NCBI GenBank assembly: GCA_965219445.1
Contig: CBDCNQ010000005.1
Span: forward strand, 1,440,001 to 1,504,000
DNA length: 64,000 bases
Source of the DNA: Longimicrobiales bacterium
Lineage (GTDB): Bacteria; Gemmatimonadota; Gemmatimonadetes; Longimicrobiales; Gaopeijiaceae
Direction of reading: 5' to 3'
The position numbers and the translations under genes are program-made. A model generated the notes under the pieces. The model was given only the letters and a program-made list of their open reading frames with translations, was not told where the DNA came from and ran no database searches. How positions within the stretch are numbered: the first letter of the stretch is position 1; every line of letters starts with the position of its first letter. Positions 22,499-33,200 of this stretch are shown one piece after another.

Positions 22499-23305
22499 AT
22501 GCAAACGGTCGACATTCTCGAGCAGCCGCTCCTCGATCTCACCTGGATCGACCTGACGGTGGCTGTCGGATTGGTGCTGATGGCGATCGGGCTTTCCGGC
22601 TGGCATCGCACGGGTCTCGCCCGGAGTTTCGCGGTGGGTGCGATCCGTACGGTCCTTCAGCTCACACTCGTCGGATACCTGCTGGTCTACATCTTCGCGA
22701 TCGACCGGTGGTACCTGGTCGTTGCTGCCCTTCTCCTGATGCTGGCGGTGGCAAGCAAGGCCGCCGTCGACCGACAGGATTCGAAGCCAGCCGGGCTGTT
22801 CAACATTACCGGAGCCGCGCTTCTTCTCGGTTCAGGGCTGACGTTGATCTACGTCAGTGTCATGGTCGTGCACGTCGATCCCTGGTACAACCCGAGGTAT
22901 CTCATCCCTCTGTTCGGCATGATCCTGGGCAACGCCATGAACGCGGCTGCCCTGGCGGCCGATCGACTGGCGGGCGAGATGGAGACGCGGCACGCCGAAA
23001 TCGAGGCGTATCTAGCGCTGGGTGCGAACTCGGTGAGAGCGGCCCGAGAGCCGGTTCGAAGGGCCCTGAGGGCTTCGATGATCCCAACGGTGAACAGCCT
23101 GATGGTCGTGGGAATCGTTTCTCTCCCGGGAATGATGACCGGTCAGATCATTGCGGGTTCGGATCCGTTGCTCGCGATTCGGTATCAGATCGTGGTGATG
23201 TTCATGTTGGGGTCCGCGGTGGCCCTCGCTGCGGTCATCGTGGTGTTGGGCTATCGGAGAACCTTCTTTACCGCCTCCGAGCAGCTTCGGCCCAAGGATG
23301 CCTAG
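22499..23305 (+). CDS. fetB: FetB/YbbM (UPF0014) ABC permease
   Basis: RTVLQL, IPLFGMILGNAM, GIVSLPGMMTGQI. Confidence 0.88.
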   Translation: MQTVDILEQPLLDLTWIDLTVAVGLVLMAIGLSGWHRTGLARSFAVGAIRTVLQLTLVGYLLVYIFAIDRWYLVVAALLLMLAVASKAAVDRQDSKPAGLFNITGAALLLGSGLTLIYVSVMVVHVDPWYNPRYLIPLFGMILGNAMNAAALAADRLAGEMETRHAEIEAYLALGANSVRAAREPVRRALRASMIPTVNSLMVVGIVSLPGMMTGQIIAGSDPLLAIRYQIVVMFMLGSAVALAAVIVVLGYRRTFFTASEQLRPKDA

Positions 23306-23370
23306 GCGTCCCTGGCCGATCTGGTCCCACCCACATACGCCGTTCCGGCCCGGAAGGGAAAGGCCTGGGC

Positions 23371-24540
23371 TCAGGCTTCTAGCGCCTGCTCCACGTCCGC
23401 GATCACGTCTCGGACGTCTTCCAGGCCGACCGAAATTCGGATCAGTCCCGGCGTGATGCCCACCGCCTGACGCTCCTCTTCCGTGAGCTTGGCGTGCGTG
23501 GTCGACGAGGGATGGCTGACGATGGTGCGTGTGTCACCGAGATTGGCGGTGAGCGAACACAGTTTCACGGAATCCATGAAGCGCTTGCCCTGCTCGAGCC
23601 CGCCCTCGACCACGAACGAGAGGATGCCGCCGCCCAAAGACATCTGCCGCTTGGCGATCTCGTACTGGGGATGGGAAGGGAGGAAGGGATAACGCACTGA
23701 AGCGACGCCCGGCCGCCCCTCCAACCACTCTGCCACCGCCAAAGCATTTTCCGAATGCTTCTCCATCCGGACCTCGAGCGTCTCCACGCTCTTGGAGAGC
23801 ACCCACGCGTTGAACGGCGATAGGGAAGGTCCGGTGGCCCGCGAGAAGTCGTAGATCTCCTGTACCAGATCCTTTCCGCCCACCACCACGCCGCCCATCA
23901 CGCGGCCCTGCCCATCGAGGTACTTGGTGGCGGAGTGGATCGCGAGGTGCGCGCCGAACTCGAGAGGACGCTGCAGGATGGGTGTGGCGAAGCAGTTGTC
24001 CACGACAAGGAGGATGCCCTTTTCGGCCGCCAGTTTTCCCAGCCACTCGAGGTCCACCAGGTCCACGGCTGGATTCGTGGGTGTCTCCACGAAGATCATC
24101 CGGGTGTTCTCGAGAATCTCGCCGGGCCACGGATCGGGGTCAGCGGCATCGACGTACGTGTGCATGATCCCGAACCGGGGCAGAATCTTGGTGAGGATCG
24201 TGTGGGTCGATCCGAAGAGCGACCGGCACGCAAGGATGTGATCCCCGCTGGAGAGCAGCGCTCCGAAGGTCGCGAACACGGCAGCCATGCCGGTGGCCAA
24301 CGAGTGCCCCGCCTCGGCGCCCTCCATCCGCCGGATCTTCTCGGAGAGCTCCTCGACGTTCGGGTTGGTGAACCGAGCATAGATGTTCCGTTCGATCTCC
24401 CCCGCGAAGGCAGCCCGCATCTCCTCACTGTCCTCGAAGACGAAACTCGACGTCAGGAAAATCGGCACCGAGTGTTCGTGGTGCGATGATTCCTCGGCCT
24501 GTGCTCGCACGGCCCACGTTTGGGGTTTCCAGTCGTTCAT
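23371..24540 (-). CDS. metZ: O-succinylhomoserine sulfhydrylase-like trans-sulfuration enzyme
   Basis: YARFTNP, ETPTNP, HSATKYLDGQGR, NLGDTRT. Confidence 0.85.
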   Translation of the reverse strand: MNDWKPQTWAVRAQAEESSHHEHSVPIFLTSSFVFEDSEEMRAAFAGEIERNIYARFTNPNVEELSEKIRRMEGAEAGHSLATGMAAVFATFGALLSSGDHILACRSLFGSTHTILTKILPRFGIMHTYVDAADPDPWPGEILENTRMIFVETPTNPAVDLVDLEWLGKLAAEKGILLVVDNCFATPILQRPLEFGAHLAIHSATKYLDGQGRVMGGVVVGGKDLVQEIYDFSRATGPSLSPFNAWVLSKSVETLEVRMEKHSENALAVAEWLEGRPGVASVRYPFLPSHPQYEIAKRQMSLGGGILSFVVEGGLEQGKRFMDSVKLCSLTANLGDTRTIVSHPSSTTHAKLTEEERQAVGITPGLIRISVGLEDVRDVIADVEQALEA

Positions 24541-24549
24541 GTCTGAACT

Positions 24550-27500
24550 CTACTCCAAACGAATCATCAAGTCACCGGGCGCCACCTGGCTCCCCGGGTA
24601 TACAAGTACCTGGGCCACCGTCCCCTCTACTTCCGCGTAGAGAGTGGTCTCCATCTTCATGGCCTCCAAGCTCAATAGCTTGTCCCCCTGCGCAACGGTG
24701 TGGCCCACGCGGGCGGCTACGTCCACGACCATCCCGGGCATGCTCGCGCCGATCTGCTTCGGATCGTCCGCATCTGCCCGCACCGCGGCTTGCGTCTCCG
24801 GCTCGAGCGATCGGTCGATCACGTTGACGTCGCGCGGCTGTCCGTTCAGCTCGAAGAAGACGGTCCGTTTCCCGTCCGGTTGGGGCTCGCCGACGGTAAC
24901 GAAATTTACGATGAGCGTCTTTCCTCGTTCGATGTCGACGGCGACCTCCTCGCCCGGCTCCTGTCCGTAAAGGAAGACCGGCGTGGGAAGTGCCGAGGTG
25001 TCGGAGTAGCGTCTCTGATGGTCCGCGAATTCGCGGTACACCTTTGGATAGAGCAGATACGAAATGACGTCGCGCCGGGTGGGCTCCCGCCCGAGCATCT
25101 TCTCGACGATCTCGGTGGCGGCGGCGAAATCTACCGGCTCCAACGTCTCACCCGGGCGGTCACTCAGACCGGGCTCACCGCGTAGGACGCGCTTCGTCAC
25201 CTCTTCCGGAAAACCGCCCGGCGGCTGTCCCATGCCTCCCCCGATCAAGTCGATCACGGAAGCGGGAAACGCGAGCTCGCGATTCGGATCCAGGACGTCC
25301 TCCGGCGTGAGCTCGTTCGCAACCATGAACAGCGCCATGTCGCCCACGGCTTTGGACGTCGGCGTCACCTTCACGATGTCGCCGAAGATCTCGTTTACAT
25401 CCGAGTAAACCCGGCAGATTTCGGCCCAACGATCGGCCAGACCCAGGGCTCGGGCCTGTTGGAAAAGGTTCGTGTACTGGCCTCCGGGCATCTCGTGGTC
25501 ATACAGGTCCGCCGTGGCGGGCAGTACCTGGCCGTCGAACGGCGTGTAGAAGTCGCGTGTCGCCCTCCAGTAGTCCGCGATGCCGTCCAGGTCCTCCCTC
25601 GTCAATCCCGGATCGCGGGGAGTGAAGCGGAGCACCTCGGCCACCGTGTTGAGGTTCGGCTGCGACGTCGTGCCCGACATCGGTGCCATGGCCGCATCGG
25701 CGATGTCGAGTCCTACGTTCGCGCCCTCCAGGATCGCCGCGGCCTGCACCCCGGAGGTGTCGTGCGTGTGGAAGTGGATCGGAATGCCCACTTCCTCCTT
25801 GAGGGTGCGCACCAGCTTGGCCGCCGCGTACGGCTTGCAAAGTCCCGCCATGTCCTTGATCGCGAGGATGTGTGCGCCCATCCTCTCCAACTCCTTGGCC
25901 AGCTCCACATAATACTTCAGGTCGTACTTCGTGCGGCTCTCATCGAGGATGTCCCCCGTATAACAGATCGAAGCCTCACAGAGCGCGTCCGCCTTGAGCA
26001 CCGCCTCCATCGCCACCTGCATGTTGGACGCCCAGTTGAGGGCGTCGAACACGCGGAACAGATCGATTCCCGCAGCGGCCGCCTCCTCCACGAACGCCTG
26101 CACGAGGTTGTCCGGGTAGTTCTTGTACCCGACCGCGTTCGAAGCACGAAGCAGCATCTGAAAGAGGATGTTTGGAATGCGCTCTCTGAGGTCGGTCAGT
26201 CGCCGCCAGGGGGACTCCTTCAGGAATCGCATCGAAACGTCGAACGTGGCGCCGCCCCACATCTCGATGGAGAACAACTCGGAGCCCCTCCGGGCGTACG
26301 CATCGGCTACCCTGAGCAGGTCCTGCGTCCGGAAGCGGGTCGCGAGCAGCGACTGATGCGCGTCGCGGAACGTGGTGTCGGTCAGGAGCAGCCGTTCCTG
26401 GTCGGAGATCCACCCGCCGAACTCGATGGGCCCGAGCTCCCGGAGCTTTTGCCGTGTGCCGTCCGGAATCGGGCTCTGGTAATCGACCCTCGGAACCGGC
26501 GCTGGCTCCCGGCGCACGGCTCGCGGGCGATCCTTCACCAGGGAGTTTCCGTTGACGATCGTCTCTCCGAGATACGTCAGAAGCCGTGTCGCGCGGTCCT
26601 GTCTCTCGGGCAGCTTGAACAACTCGGGCGTATGATCGATGAAGCGCGTCGTGCATCCACCCTTCAGGAACTGCTCGTGGGTCACCAAGCGAATCAGGAA
26701 CAGGATGTTCGTCTTCACCCCCCGAACGCGGAACTCCTGGAGGCTCCGCTCCATGCGCCTGGCTGCGTCGATGAAGCGCGTCCCCCGTGTCGTCACCTTC
26801 ACGAGCAGCGAGTCATAGTACGGATTCACGACCGCACCACTGAACGCACTGCCTGCGTCGAGCCGCACCCCCATCCCTGCCGCAGAGCGATAGTGCGACA
26901 CACGCCCGTAGTCGGGCATGAAGTCGTTGGCCGGATCTTCCGTGGTCACGCGGCATTGCATGGCAAAGCCGTCGGTGCGCACAGCGATCTGGGACGGTAA
27001 GCCGATCTCCTCGTCGTCGAGCGCCAGCCCCTGAGCGACGAGGATCTGCGACTTGACCAGGTCCACGCCGGTCACCTCCTCGGTGACGGTGTGCTCCACC
27101 TGGATGCGGGGATTGACCTCGATGAAGTAGAAGCCGCCCTCGTCCTGATCGACGAGAAATTCCACCGTGCCCGCGTTCTGGTAACCCACCTCACGGCCGA
27201 TCGCCACCGCCGCTTCGTGCAGGCTCCGGCGCACCTTGTCGTCCAGCGCCAGGGCCGGCGCGATCTCCACTACCTTCTGGTGCCGCCTCTGCACGGAGCA
27301 GTCACGTTCGTACAGATGGACCAGGTTGCCACGCTCGTCGCCCATGAGTTGGACTTCGATGTGGCGCGCCCTCTGGACGAATCGCTCGATGAAGACGTCC
27401 GCGCTGCCGAAGGCCGAAAGCGACTCGCTGCGAGCGTCCTCGAAAGCGCCAGGGAAGTCTCTCGGATCGCCCACCACGCGCATTCCCCGCCCACCGCCGC

Positions 27501-27993
27501 CCTTGGCGGCCTTGAGAATGACGGGATACCCCACCTTCCCTGCCTGCCGCTCCCCGTCGATCACATCGGTGATCGCTTCCTCGCTGCCCGCCAGGACCGG
27601 CACACCCACCTTTTCGGCGATCTTGCGGGCGGCGGTCTTGTCGCCCAGGCGCTCGAGCACCTCGACCTGGGGGCCGATGAAGATGATCCCCTCACGCTCA
27701 CAAGCACGCGCGAAATCAGGGTTTTCGGACAGGAAACCATATCCGGGGTGGATGGCGTCCGCCTGATTTTCCCGAGCCAGACCGACGATCCACTCGATAT
27801 CGAGGTAGGCCCGGATCGGCTCTTCCTGGTCCCCGATCAGATATGCCTCGTCGGCCTTGAAGCGGTGTAGCGCGTATCGGTCCTTGTGCGAATAGATCGC
27901 CACTGTCCGAATGCCCAACTCGTGGGCCGAGCGGAAGACACGAATCGCAATCTCGCTACGATTGGCGACGAGAAGCTTCTTGATCTCTTTCAT
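24550..27993 (-). CDS. pyc: Pyruvate carboxylase
   Basis: ANRSEIA, GGGGRG, RDAHQSL, HFHTHDT, EAMKM biotin site; start re-assigned to 27993. Confidence 0.97.
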   Translation of the reverse strand: MKEIKKLLVANRSEIAIRVFRSAHELGIRTVAIYSHKDRYALHRFKADEAYLIGDQEEPIRAYLDIEWIVGLARENQADAIHPGYGFLSENPDFARACEREGIIFIGPQVEVLERLGDKTAARKIAEKVGVPVLAGSEEAITDVIDGERQAGKVGYPVILKAAKGGGGRGMRVVGDPRDFPGAFEDARSESLSAFGSADVFIERFVQRARHIEVQLMGDERGNLVHLYERDCSVQRRHQKVVEIAPALALDDKVRRSLHEAAVAIGREVGYQNAGTVEFLVDQDEGGFYFIEVNPRIQVEHTVTEEVTGVDLVKSQILVAQGLALDDEEIGLPSQIAVRTDGFAMQCRVTTEDPANDFMPDYGRVSHYRSAAGMGVRLDAGSAFSGAVVNPYYDSLLVKVTTRGTRFIDAARRMERSLQEFRVRGVKTNILFLIRLVTHEQFLKGGCTTRFIDHTPELFKLPERQDRATRLLTYLGETIVNGNSLVKDRPRAVRREPAPVPRVDYQSPIPDGTRQKLRELGPIEFGGWISDQERLLLTDTTFRDAHQSLLATRFRTQDLLRVADAYARRGSELFSIEMWGGATFDVSMRFLKESPWRRLTDLRERIPNILFQMLLRASNAVGYKNYPDNLVQAFVEEAAAAGIDLFRVFDALNWASNMQVAMEAVLKADALCEASICYTGDILDESRTKYDLKYYVELAKELERMGAHILAIKDMAGLCKPYAAAKLVRTLKEEVGIPIHFHTHDTSGVQAAAILEGANVGLDIADAAMAPMSGTTSQPNLNTVAEVLRFTPRDPGLTREDLDGIADYWRATRDFYTPFDGQVLPATADLYDHEMPGGQYTNLFQQARALGLADRWAEICRVYSDVNEIFGDIVKVTPTSKAVGDMALFMVANELTPEDVLDPNRELAFPASVIDLIGGGMGQPPGGFPEEVTKRVLRGEPGLSDRPGETLEPVDFAAATEIVEKMLGREPTRRDVISYLLYPKVYREFADHQRRYSDTSALPTPVFLYGQEPGEEVAVDIERGKTLIVNFVTVGEPQPDGKRTVFFELNGQPRDVNVIDRSLEPETQAAVRADADDPKQIGASMPGMVVDVAARVGHTVAQGDKLLSLEAMKMETTLYAEVEGTVAQVLVYPGSQVAPGDLMIRLE

Positions 27994-28285
27994 GAGGTGA
28001 GGCAGTGGGAAAAACCGAGTGACCGTACCGAGGAGGCCGCCAGGCCGCACCGAGAAGGTGGACCATCTGGACAGGTCGAGGCAAGGTGGGGCCCCTCTCG
28101 GCGGCCCACCTCCGCTACCGTTGCTTTCGGCACCGATTGATAAATGCTTCCCGAGCTGCTCTTATGGTTAGACCTGTGTGTGGAATTACCGCGCGAGGGG
28201 CCGGGTAGCCCCACCGGGGTGCTCGGCCCGAAGAGGATCCGCAATCCGGGCGGTAATGGATTTACGCGAGAAAGGGGTGACTCAG

Positions 28286-29347
28286 ATGAGACGCATGCTA
28301 GCCGTTTCCGTGACGGGCCTCCTGGTCCTCGCCCCGGTAGCATCCGGGGCCGCTCGCGCCGCGGCGCAGGGCGCTCAGGAAACGTTCAAGGTGCATCCCT
28401 CGACCCAGGACCCGGCGGTCAAGGTCACCCTCGAGACTCTCGAGCGTTGGGAAACCGAGCTGTCGAACTGGGGCCGTTGGGGCCCGAGGGACCAGCGCGG
28501 CGCGCTGAACCTGATCACCCCGGAAAAGACCCGTGCGGCCACACGTCTCGTCGAGGACGGCGTCACGGTGACCCTCGGGCACTTCGTCACCGAGGAGGAC
28601 GCGATCGACAGCCAGACGTTCGCACCGACCGAGCACTGGATGACCTCGATCGACCCGAACACCGGCCAGCCTCGGGGCGCGCTCGACGCCATGAGCTTCT
28701 CGCTGCATGACGGCCAACTCGCGCACATGGACGCCCTCTGCCACTACGCCACCGAGCGGGACGGGCAAAGAATCATCTTCAACGGCTACCCGCAGAACTT
28801 GACCCTCGGCGGGTGCACCGGCGACCTCGCCATCGACGACATGGGGCCCGGCTACGTCACGCGGGGCATCCTCGTGGACATGCCTCTGCTGCGGGGCGTG
28901 GACTATCTGGAGCCGAGCACGCCCATCTACGTGTCCGACCTCGAGGAGTGGGAGGCGTTCGCCGGGATCAAGGTCTCGAGTGGAGACGTGCTCTTCATCC
29001 GTGGAGGCCGCTGGGCGCGGCGTGAGGCGCTCGGCCCGTGGAACTACGCACGTGGCGGGGCGGGGCTGCACGCCTCCGTACTGCCCTGGCTCAAGGAGCG
29101 GGGCGTGTCACTCCTGGTCGGCGACGCCGTGAACGACGTGCAGCCGTCCGGCGTGGAGGGCATCAACCGTCCGGTACACACCATGACGCAGGTCTTCATC
29201 GGACTTCCACTCGTGGACAACGGCTATCTGGAAGACGTGGCCAGGGAGGCGGCGAGCCGCCAGCGGTGGGAGTTCATGGTATCGTGGCAGATCACCAAGG
29301 TGCCGAACGGGACGGCGGGTCCGTTCAACGCGATCGCTACGTTCTAA
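28286..29347 (+). CDS. Secreted cyclase-family (kynurenine formamidase-like) metallohydrolase
   Basis: Signal peptide; NWGRWG...GALNLI, HMDALCH, RGILVD. Confidence 0.85.
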   Translation: MRRMLAVSVTGLLVLAPVASGAARAAAQGAQETFKVHPSTQDPAVKVTLETLERWETELSNWGRWGPRDQRGALNLITPEKTRAATRLVEDGVTVTLGHFVTEEDAIDSQTFAPTEHWMTSIDPNTGQPRGALDAMSFSLHDGQLAHMDALCHYATERDGQRIIFNGYPQNLTLGGCTGDLAIDDMGPGYVTRGILVDMPLLRGVDYLEPSTPIYVSDLEEWEAFAGIKVSSGDVLFIRGGRWARREALGPWNYARGGAGLHASVLPWLKERGVSLLVGDAVNDVQPSGVEGINRPVHTMTQVFIGLPLVDNGYLEDVAREAASRQRWEFMVSWQITKVPNGTAGPFNAIATF

Positions 29348-30489
29348 GGGAGAAAGATATCCTTCGGGATATACCCCGTGACCACCTGAGTGAGGTCGAC
29401 CACCTCGCTCACCCGGAAGTCCACGGCGATGCTCGCGAGCGAGAGCGCCTTGGCGGGTGTCAGTCCCTTTTCCTTCACCAGGAAGTCGACGACCTCCCAG
29501 GTCGCGTGCCGCGTGGCGCGATCGAGGTCGAGGTCGATTCCCATGATCATGTAGTGCGTCTCGTTCTCCGCGCGTGGGCCCAAGATCTCGACGTCCTTGT
29601 GCACGACGAAGCGGAATACGCCAGCGAGTGACTGTTCGATGGCGGTCCCGCTCACCTCACCGTCGCCCTGGGCGCCGTGCGGGTCACCCGTATAGAAGAG
29701 CGCTCCGGGATGGAAGACGGGAAGGTAGAGGGTCGTGCCAGCCTTGAGGTCCTTTACGTCCATGTTGCCGCCGAAGGCGCCCGGGGGCCTCGAGCCCTGG
29801 ACGCCCGGCACCGTCACGCCCGGCTCGCCCAGGACAGGATCGGGCGCGACCGCCATGATCCCCATGAAGGGCGCCAGAGGCACTTGGATGTCGGGCGAGA
29901 ACAGCGCGACCTCACGGCCGTCGACCACGGCGGTGCGAATCACGTGCCGCGTTCCCGGTGGGATGTCCAGCGGCGGGTCGTCGGCCTCGACTCCCGGGTA
30001 GCCCGACGAGAATACGCCACCGTTGGAGCTCGTGTTGTTGATTCCCCAGGACATGCGCGTCTCGAGGGCGAGAATCTGCACCTCGAGCATGTCTCCGGGC
30101 TCGGCTCCCTCGATATAGACCGGCCCGGTGATGACGTGGCCGCTCCGACCCTCTCTCGGCCGCTCATCTCTCGACGCCCAGAAATCCAGCATGTCCTGAT
30201 GGATTTCTTCCCGGGGTATGTCGAGTCCGGTGAGATACTCCACCGGCTCGGCTTCCTGGGTGGACCCGGCGTGGGTCAGCGTGTTGATGCGGACCGTCTC
30301 TCCGGACTGGATCGTGAGCACGGGCTCCTTGTCGATCGGGTACCACCCCCAGCTCACCGTCTCGGGACGCGAGGGCACGAAGTGGTCGGCTTCGATGCTC
30401 ACGCCGGTTGTCGTGGCGTCCGGTCCGGCGCAAGCAGTCGTCGCCAGCATGGCGATGCAAGAGAAGAGGCGGAACGCTGACGTTCTCAT
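29344..30489 (-). CDS. Acetamidase/formamidase family protein, probable lipoprotein
   Basis: GHVITGP, GGNMD, GDPHGAQGDGEVSGTAIE; TTAC lipobox-like signal. Confidence 0.9.
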   Translation of the reverse strand: MRTSAFRLFSCIAMLATTACAGPDATTTGVSIEADHFVPSRPETVSWGWYPIDKEPVLTIQSGETVRINTLTHAGSTQEAEPVEYLTGLDIPREEIHQDMLDFWASRDERPREGRSGHVITGPVYIEGAEPGDMLEVQILALETRMSWGINNTSSNGGVFSSGYPGVEADDPPLDIPPGTRHVIRTAVVDGREVALFSPDIQVPLAPFMGIMAVAPDPVLGEPGVTVPGVQGSRPPGAFGGNMDVKDLKAGTTLYLPVFHPGALFYTGDPHGAQGDGEVSGTAIEQSLAGVFRFVVHKDVEILGPRAENETHYMIMGIDLDLDRATRHATWEVVDFLVKEKGLTPAKALSLASIAVDFRVSEVVDLTQVVTGYIPKDIFLP

Positions 30490-33186
30490 CTAGTTCCCCA
30501 CCCGCTCCCTCAGCTCCTCGAACCAGTTCACGACGACCTCTACTGGTATGTCAGGCGCGCCGGCGCCGGCGTCTCCGGGCTTGGCCCCTACGCTTCCGAC
30601 GAAGACGAACGACGTACCGTCCGGGTGCACGTCCCAGTTCGATACCGGAGCGTTCTGGGGGCGAGTTGCCCAGTTCCCCTCGAAGAGCATGCGGCGCCCG
30701 CGAACAGCCCCGTCCCCCAACTCCGCCCGCCACACGGCACCGCCGTCGAGATAGTATACCGCCGACCCATCGGGCGCCCACACGGGATCGGTGCCGCCGC
30801 CCTCGGAGACCTGGAGCTGACCCACGGGCTCCGGGAAGGAGCGGACGTAGACCTCCGCGTTCCCCGACTCGTCGGACACGTACGCGACGCGCCCCCCGTC
30901 CGGGGAAATCGTGCCGTACGCCTCCGACCAGGGAGCGACGAGGTAATTCGTGAAGACGGCACTGTCCGGACCTAAGGTCAGGATCAGAAGATCGTCGTCC
31001 CGGTCATCGGTGGGCTCCACTACGAGCAGCTGAGTCCCGTCGAGTGATTCCGCCAAGGGGACCTGCGTACCCGGGCGACGGAAGAGCTGCTCGGCCTCCC
31101 TGGAGCCATCCGCGAGCGTGCGGAAGCCGTCCCGCCCGTCTGTGAGTCCTGAGGAGATACTGCTGAAGTAGACGTAGCGGCCGTCCCTCGACCAGAACGA
31201 GTAGTCGTTATTCCCCCCCGTCGTGATGGGCGGGTTGGCCCCCGACTCACGATCCCACACCCAGATCCGGTTCCCCGCGGTGTAGGCGATGTATCGCCCG
31301 CTCGGCGAGAAGCGTGGCATATAGTATGGCCCGGCCCCGAGCGGGGATGCGCTCCCTCGACCCTCCATGTCGACGATGACCAACTGTACCCCCGAGGCCC
31401 CACCGCCATTTCGGGAAAGGGCGTATACGGCGGTACCCGTCTCGGAGACCGCGAACTGGGTAGCGCCACCCACGTACACGAGGACGTCGGGCAGGACCGT
31501 CGACGGCTGACCGGTGACCCGGTGCGTTTCGAGGTCGAAGGGCACCGCCATCAGCGCCTGGCTCTGATGGCCGAATACGAGATGGCCGGTCGGCACGTAT
31601 CTGGGGTTGTCTCCGGTCACGCCCAGATCCGTCATTTCACCAGACCCGATTTCGACCAGCGTCAGCCTTCTTTCGTCACCGTAGAAGGCTTGCAGGACAA
31701 CAGCCCTCCCGTCCGGCAAGAGGTACGGCCGTGTGCCGCCGATGCCGTCCAGCCGTCCCTCGACCTCCCCAATCGAGACCGGGTCGCCACCGGAGGGTGC
31801 AACCCAGTAGAGGCCGCCGTCAGGACCCCCGAACACCAGCATGTCGTCGAGCCCCCAATGTGGATAGGACCCCTCGGCTACGGGCAGGATCGGCCCGCCG
31901 GAGACCTCGACCCGACTGATGACGCCGTCTGCCGCGAAGACGAGCCACTGGCCATCGGGTGAGAAGCCCGGGTGTTGGGCGCCCTCCGTGCCAGGGATCT
32001 CTCGGAAGTCCCGCTGACCTGCGTCACGCACGAAGATCTTCGGCACACCATCCACGAAGCTCGCTAAGGCGATCTGAGAGCCGTCGCTGGAGATGGCCAC
32101 CCGGTTTCCGCTCCCCCCCGGAGCGTTGAACTCGAAGTCCGTCAGCGCCGTGCGGAAGGGGACTGCGGGCGCGGTGCTGGGCGCGGCTCCCCGCAGCATG
32201 CCCCAGAGTGCGATCAGCACGATGGCCACCAGAGCGGTGAGAGAGCGCCGGTCTCGAAGCCAGGGCCGGGCGGCGACCTCCGGAACCGCCGTGGGTGTTT
32301 CAGACGCCGAAATCGCGATGCCTGTTCGCGGCCGTGCCTGATAGTTGAAGCCCTCGTCCCCGAGCGCCGTCGCGAATTCCGCCGCGCTCGTGAAGCGGTC
32401 GGCGGGCAGCTTCTCCAGAGCCCGCGCGAGTACGTGGCCGACGTGAGGAGGCACGGTCCTTCGCATGCTCGTGATCGAAGGCGCATCCGACGTGAGGATC
32501 TGGACCAAGACCGCTTGGGCAGTAGGCGCTGAGAACGGAGGCTGTCCGGCGAGCATCTCGTACAGCACGCAGCCGAGCGCGTAGACATCCGAGCGTGGGT
32601 CCACGTCGCGGTCGCCTGTTGCTTGTTCGGGGCTCATGTAGTGCGGCGTTCCGAGGCTGAGACCTGTCTCTGTGATGCGCCCGCCTCCTGCTTGGGCCAC
32701 AGCCAACGCAATGCCGAAGTCAGCGACGAGTGGCTCGCCCTGCTCACTCAAGAGGATGTTACCGGGCTTGATGTCGCGGTGGACGACGCCGTGGCCGTGG
32801 GCGTAGTGGAGAGCGCCCGCCACCTTCTGCGTGATCGCCACCGAGTCATCCACACCGAGTTGCTTCTCGCGGTCGATGCGCTCCCTGAGTGACTCCCCTT
32901 GGACGTGGGGCATCACGTAGAACAGGAAACCGTCCGCCTCGCCCGAGTCGAACAGCGGCAGGATGTGCGGGTGTTGCAGGTTGGCCGTCGTCTTGATCTC
33001 GGCCAGGAAGCGCTCGGCGCCGACCACAGCGGCCAGCTCCGGCTTGAGGACCTTCAGCGCGACCTTGCGCTCGTGCTTGAGGTCGTCGGCCAAAAACACG
33101 GTGGCCATGCCGCCCTCGCCGAGCTCACGCTCGATGGCGTAGCGGCCTTCGAGAGCGGTGTTGAGGCGAGCGACGGGATCAGGCAT
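30490..33186 (-). CDS. Hanks-type Ser/Thr kinase with TM helix and TolB/PD40-like propeller
   Basis: GEGGMATV, VALK, HRDIKPGN, DFG, YMSPE; repeated SPDG motifs; start re-assigned to 33186. Confidence 0.93.
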   Translation of the reverse strand: MPDPVARLNTALEGRYAIERELGEGGMATVFLADDLKHERKVALKVLKPELAAVVGAERFLAEIKTTANLQHPHILPLFDSGEADGFLFYVMPHVQGESLRERIDREKQLGVDDSVAITQKVAGALHYAHGHGVVHRDIKPGNILLSEQGEPLVADFGIALAVAQAGGGRITETGLSLGTPHYMSPEQATGDRDVDPRSDVYALGCVLYEMLAGQPPFSAPTAQAVLVQILTSDAPSITSMRRTVPPHVGHVLARALEKLPADRFTSAAEFATALGDEGFNYQARPRTGIAISASETPTAVPEVAARPWLRDRRSLTALVAIVLIALWGMLRGAAPSTAPAVPFRTALTDFEFNAPGGSGNRVAISSDGSQIALASFVDGVPKIFVRDAGQRDFREIPGTEGAQHPGFSPDGQWLVFAADGVISRVEVSGGPILPVAEGSYPHWGLDDMLVFGGPDGGLYWVAPSGGDPVSIGEVEGRLDGIGGTRPYLLPDGRAVVLQAFYGDERRLTLVEIGSGEMTDLGVTGDNPRYVPTGHLVFGHQSQALMAVPFDLETHRVTGQPSTVLPDVLVYVGGATQFAVSETGTAVYALSRNGGGASGVQLVIVDMEGRGSASPLGAGPYYMPRFSPSGRYIAYTAGNRIWVWDRESGANPPITTGGNNDYSFWSRDGRYVYFSSISSGLTDGRDGFRTLADGSREAEQLFRRPGTQVPLAESLDGTQLLVVEPTDDRDDDLLILTLGPDSAVFTNYLVAPWSEAYGTISPDGGRVAYVSDESGNAEVYVRSFPEPVGQLQVSEGGGTDPVWAPDGSAVYYLDGGAVWRAELGDGAVRGRRMLFEGNWATRPQNAPVSNWDVHPDGTSFVFVGSVGAKPGDAGAGAPDIPVEVVVNWFEELRERVGN

Positions 33187-33200
33187 CGTTACCGACCGCC

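Noticed and set aside
25459..27000. 513-aa plus-strand ORF and similar long antisense ORFs (e.g. 14119-15351, 19425-20669)
   Set aside because: Shadow ORFs opposite well-supported genes, expected at high GC
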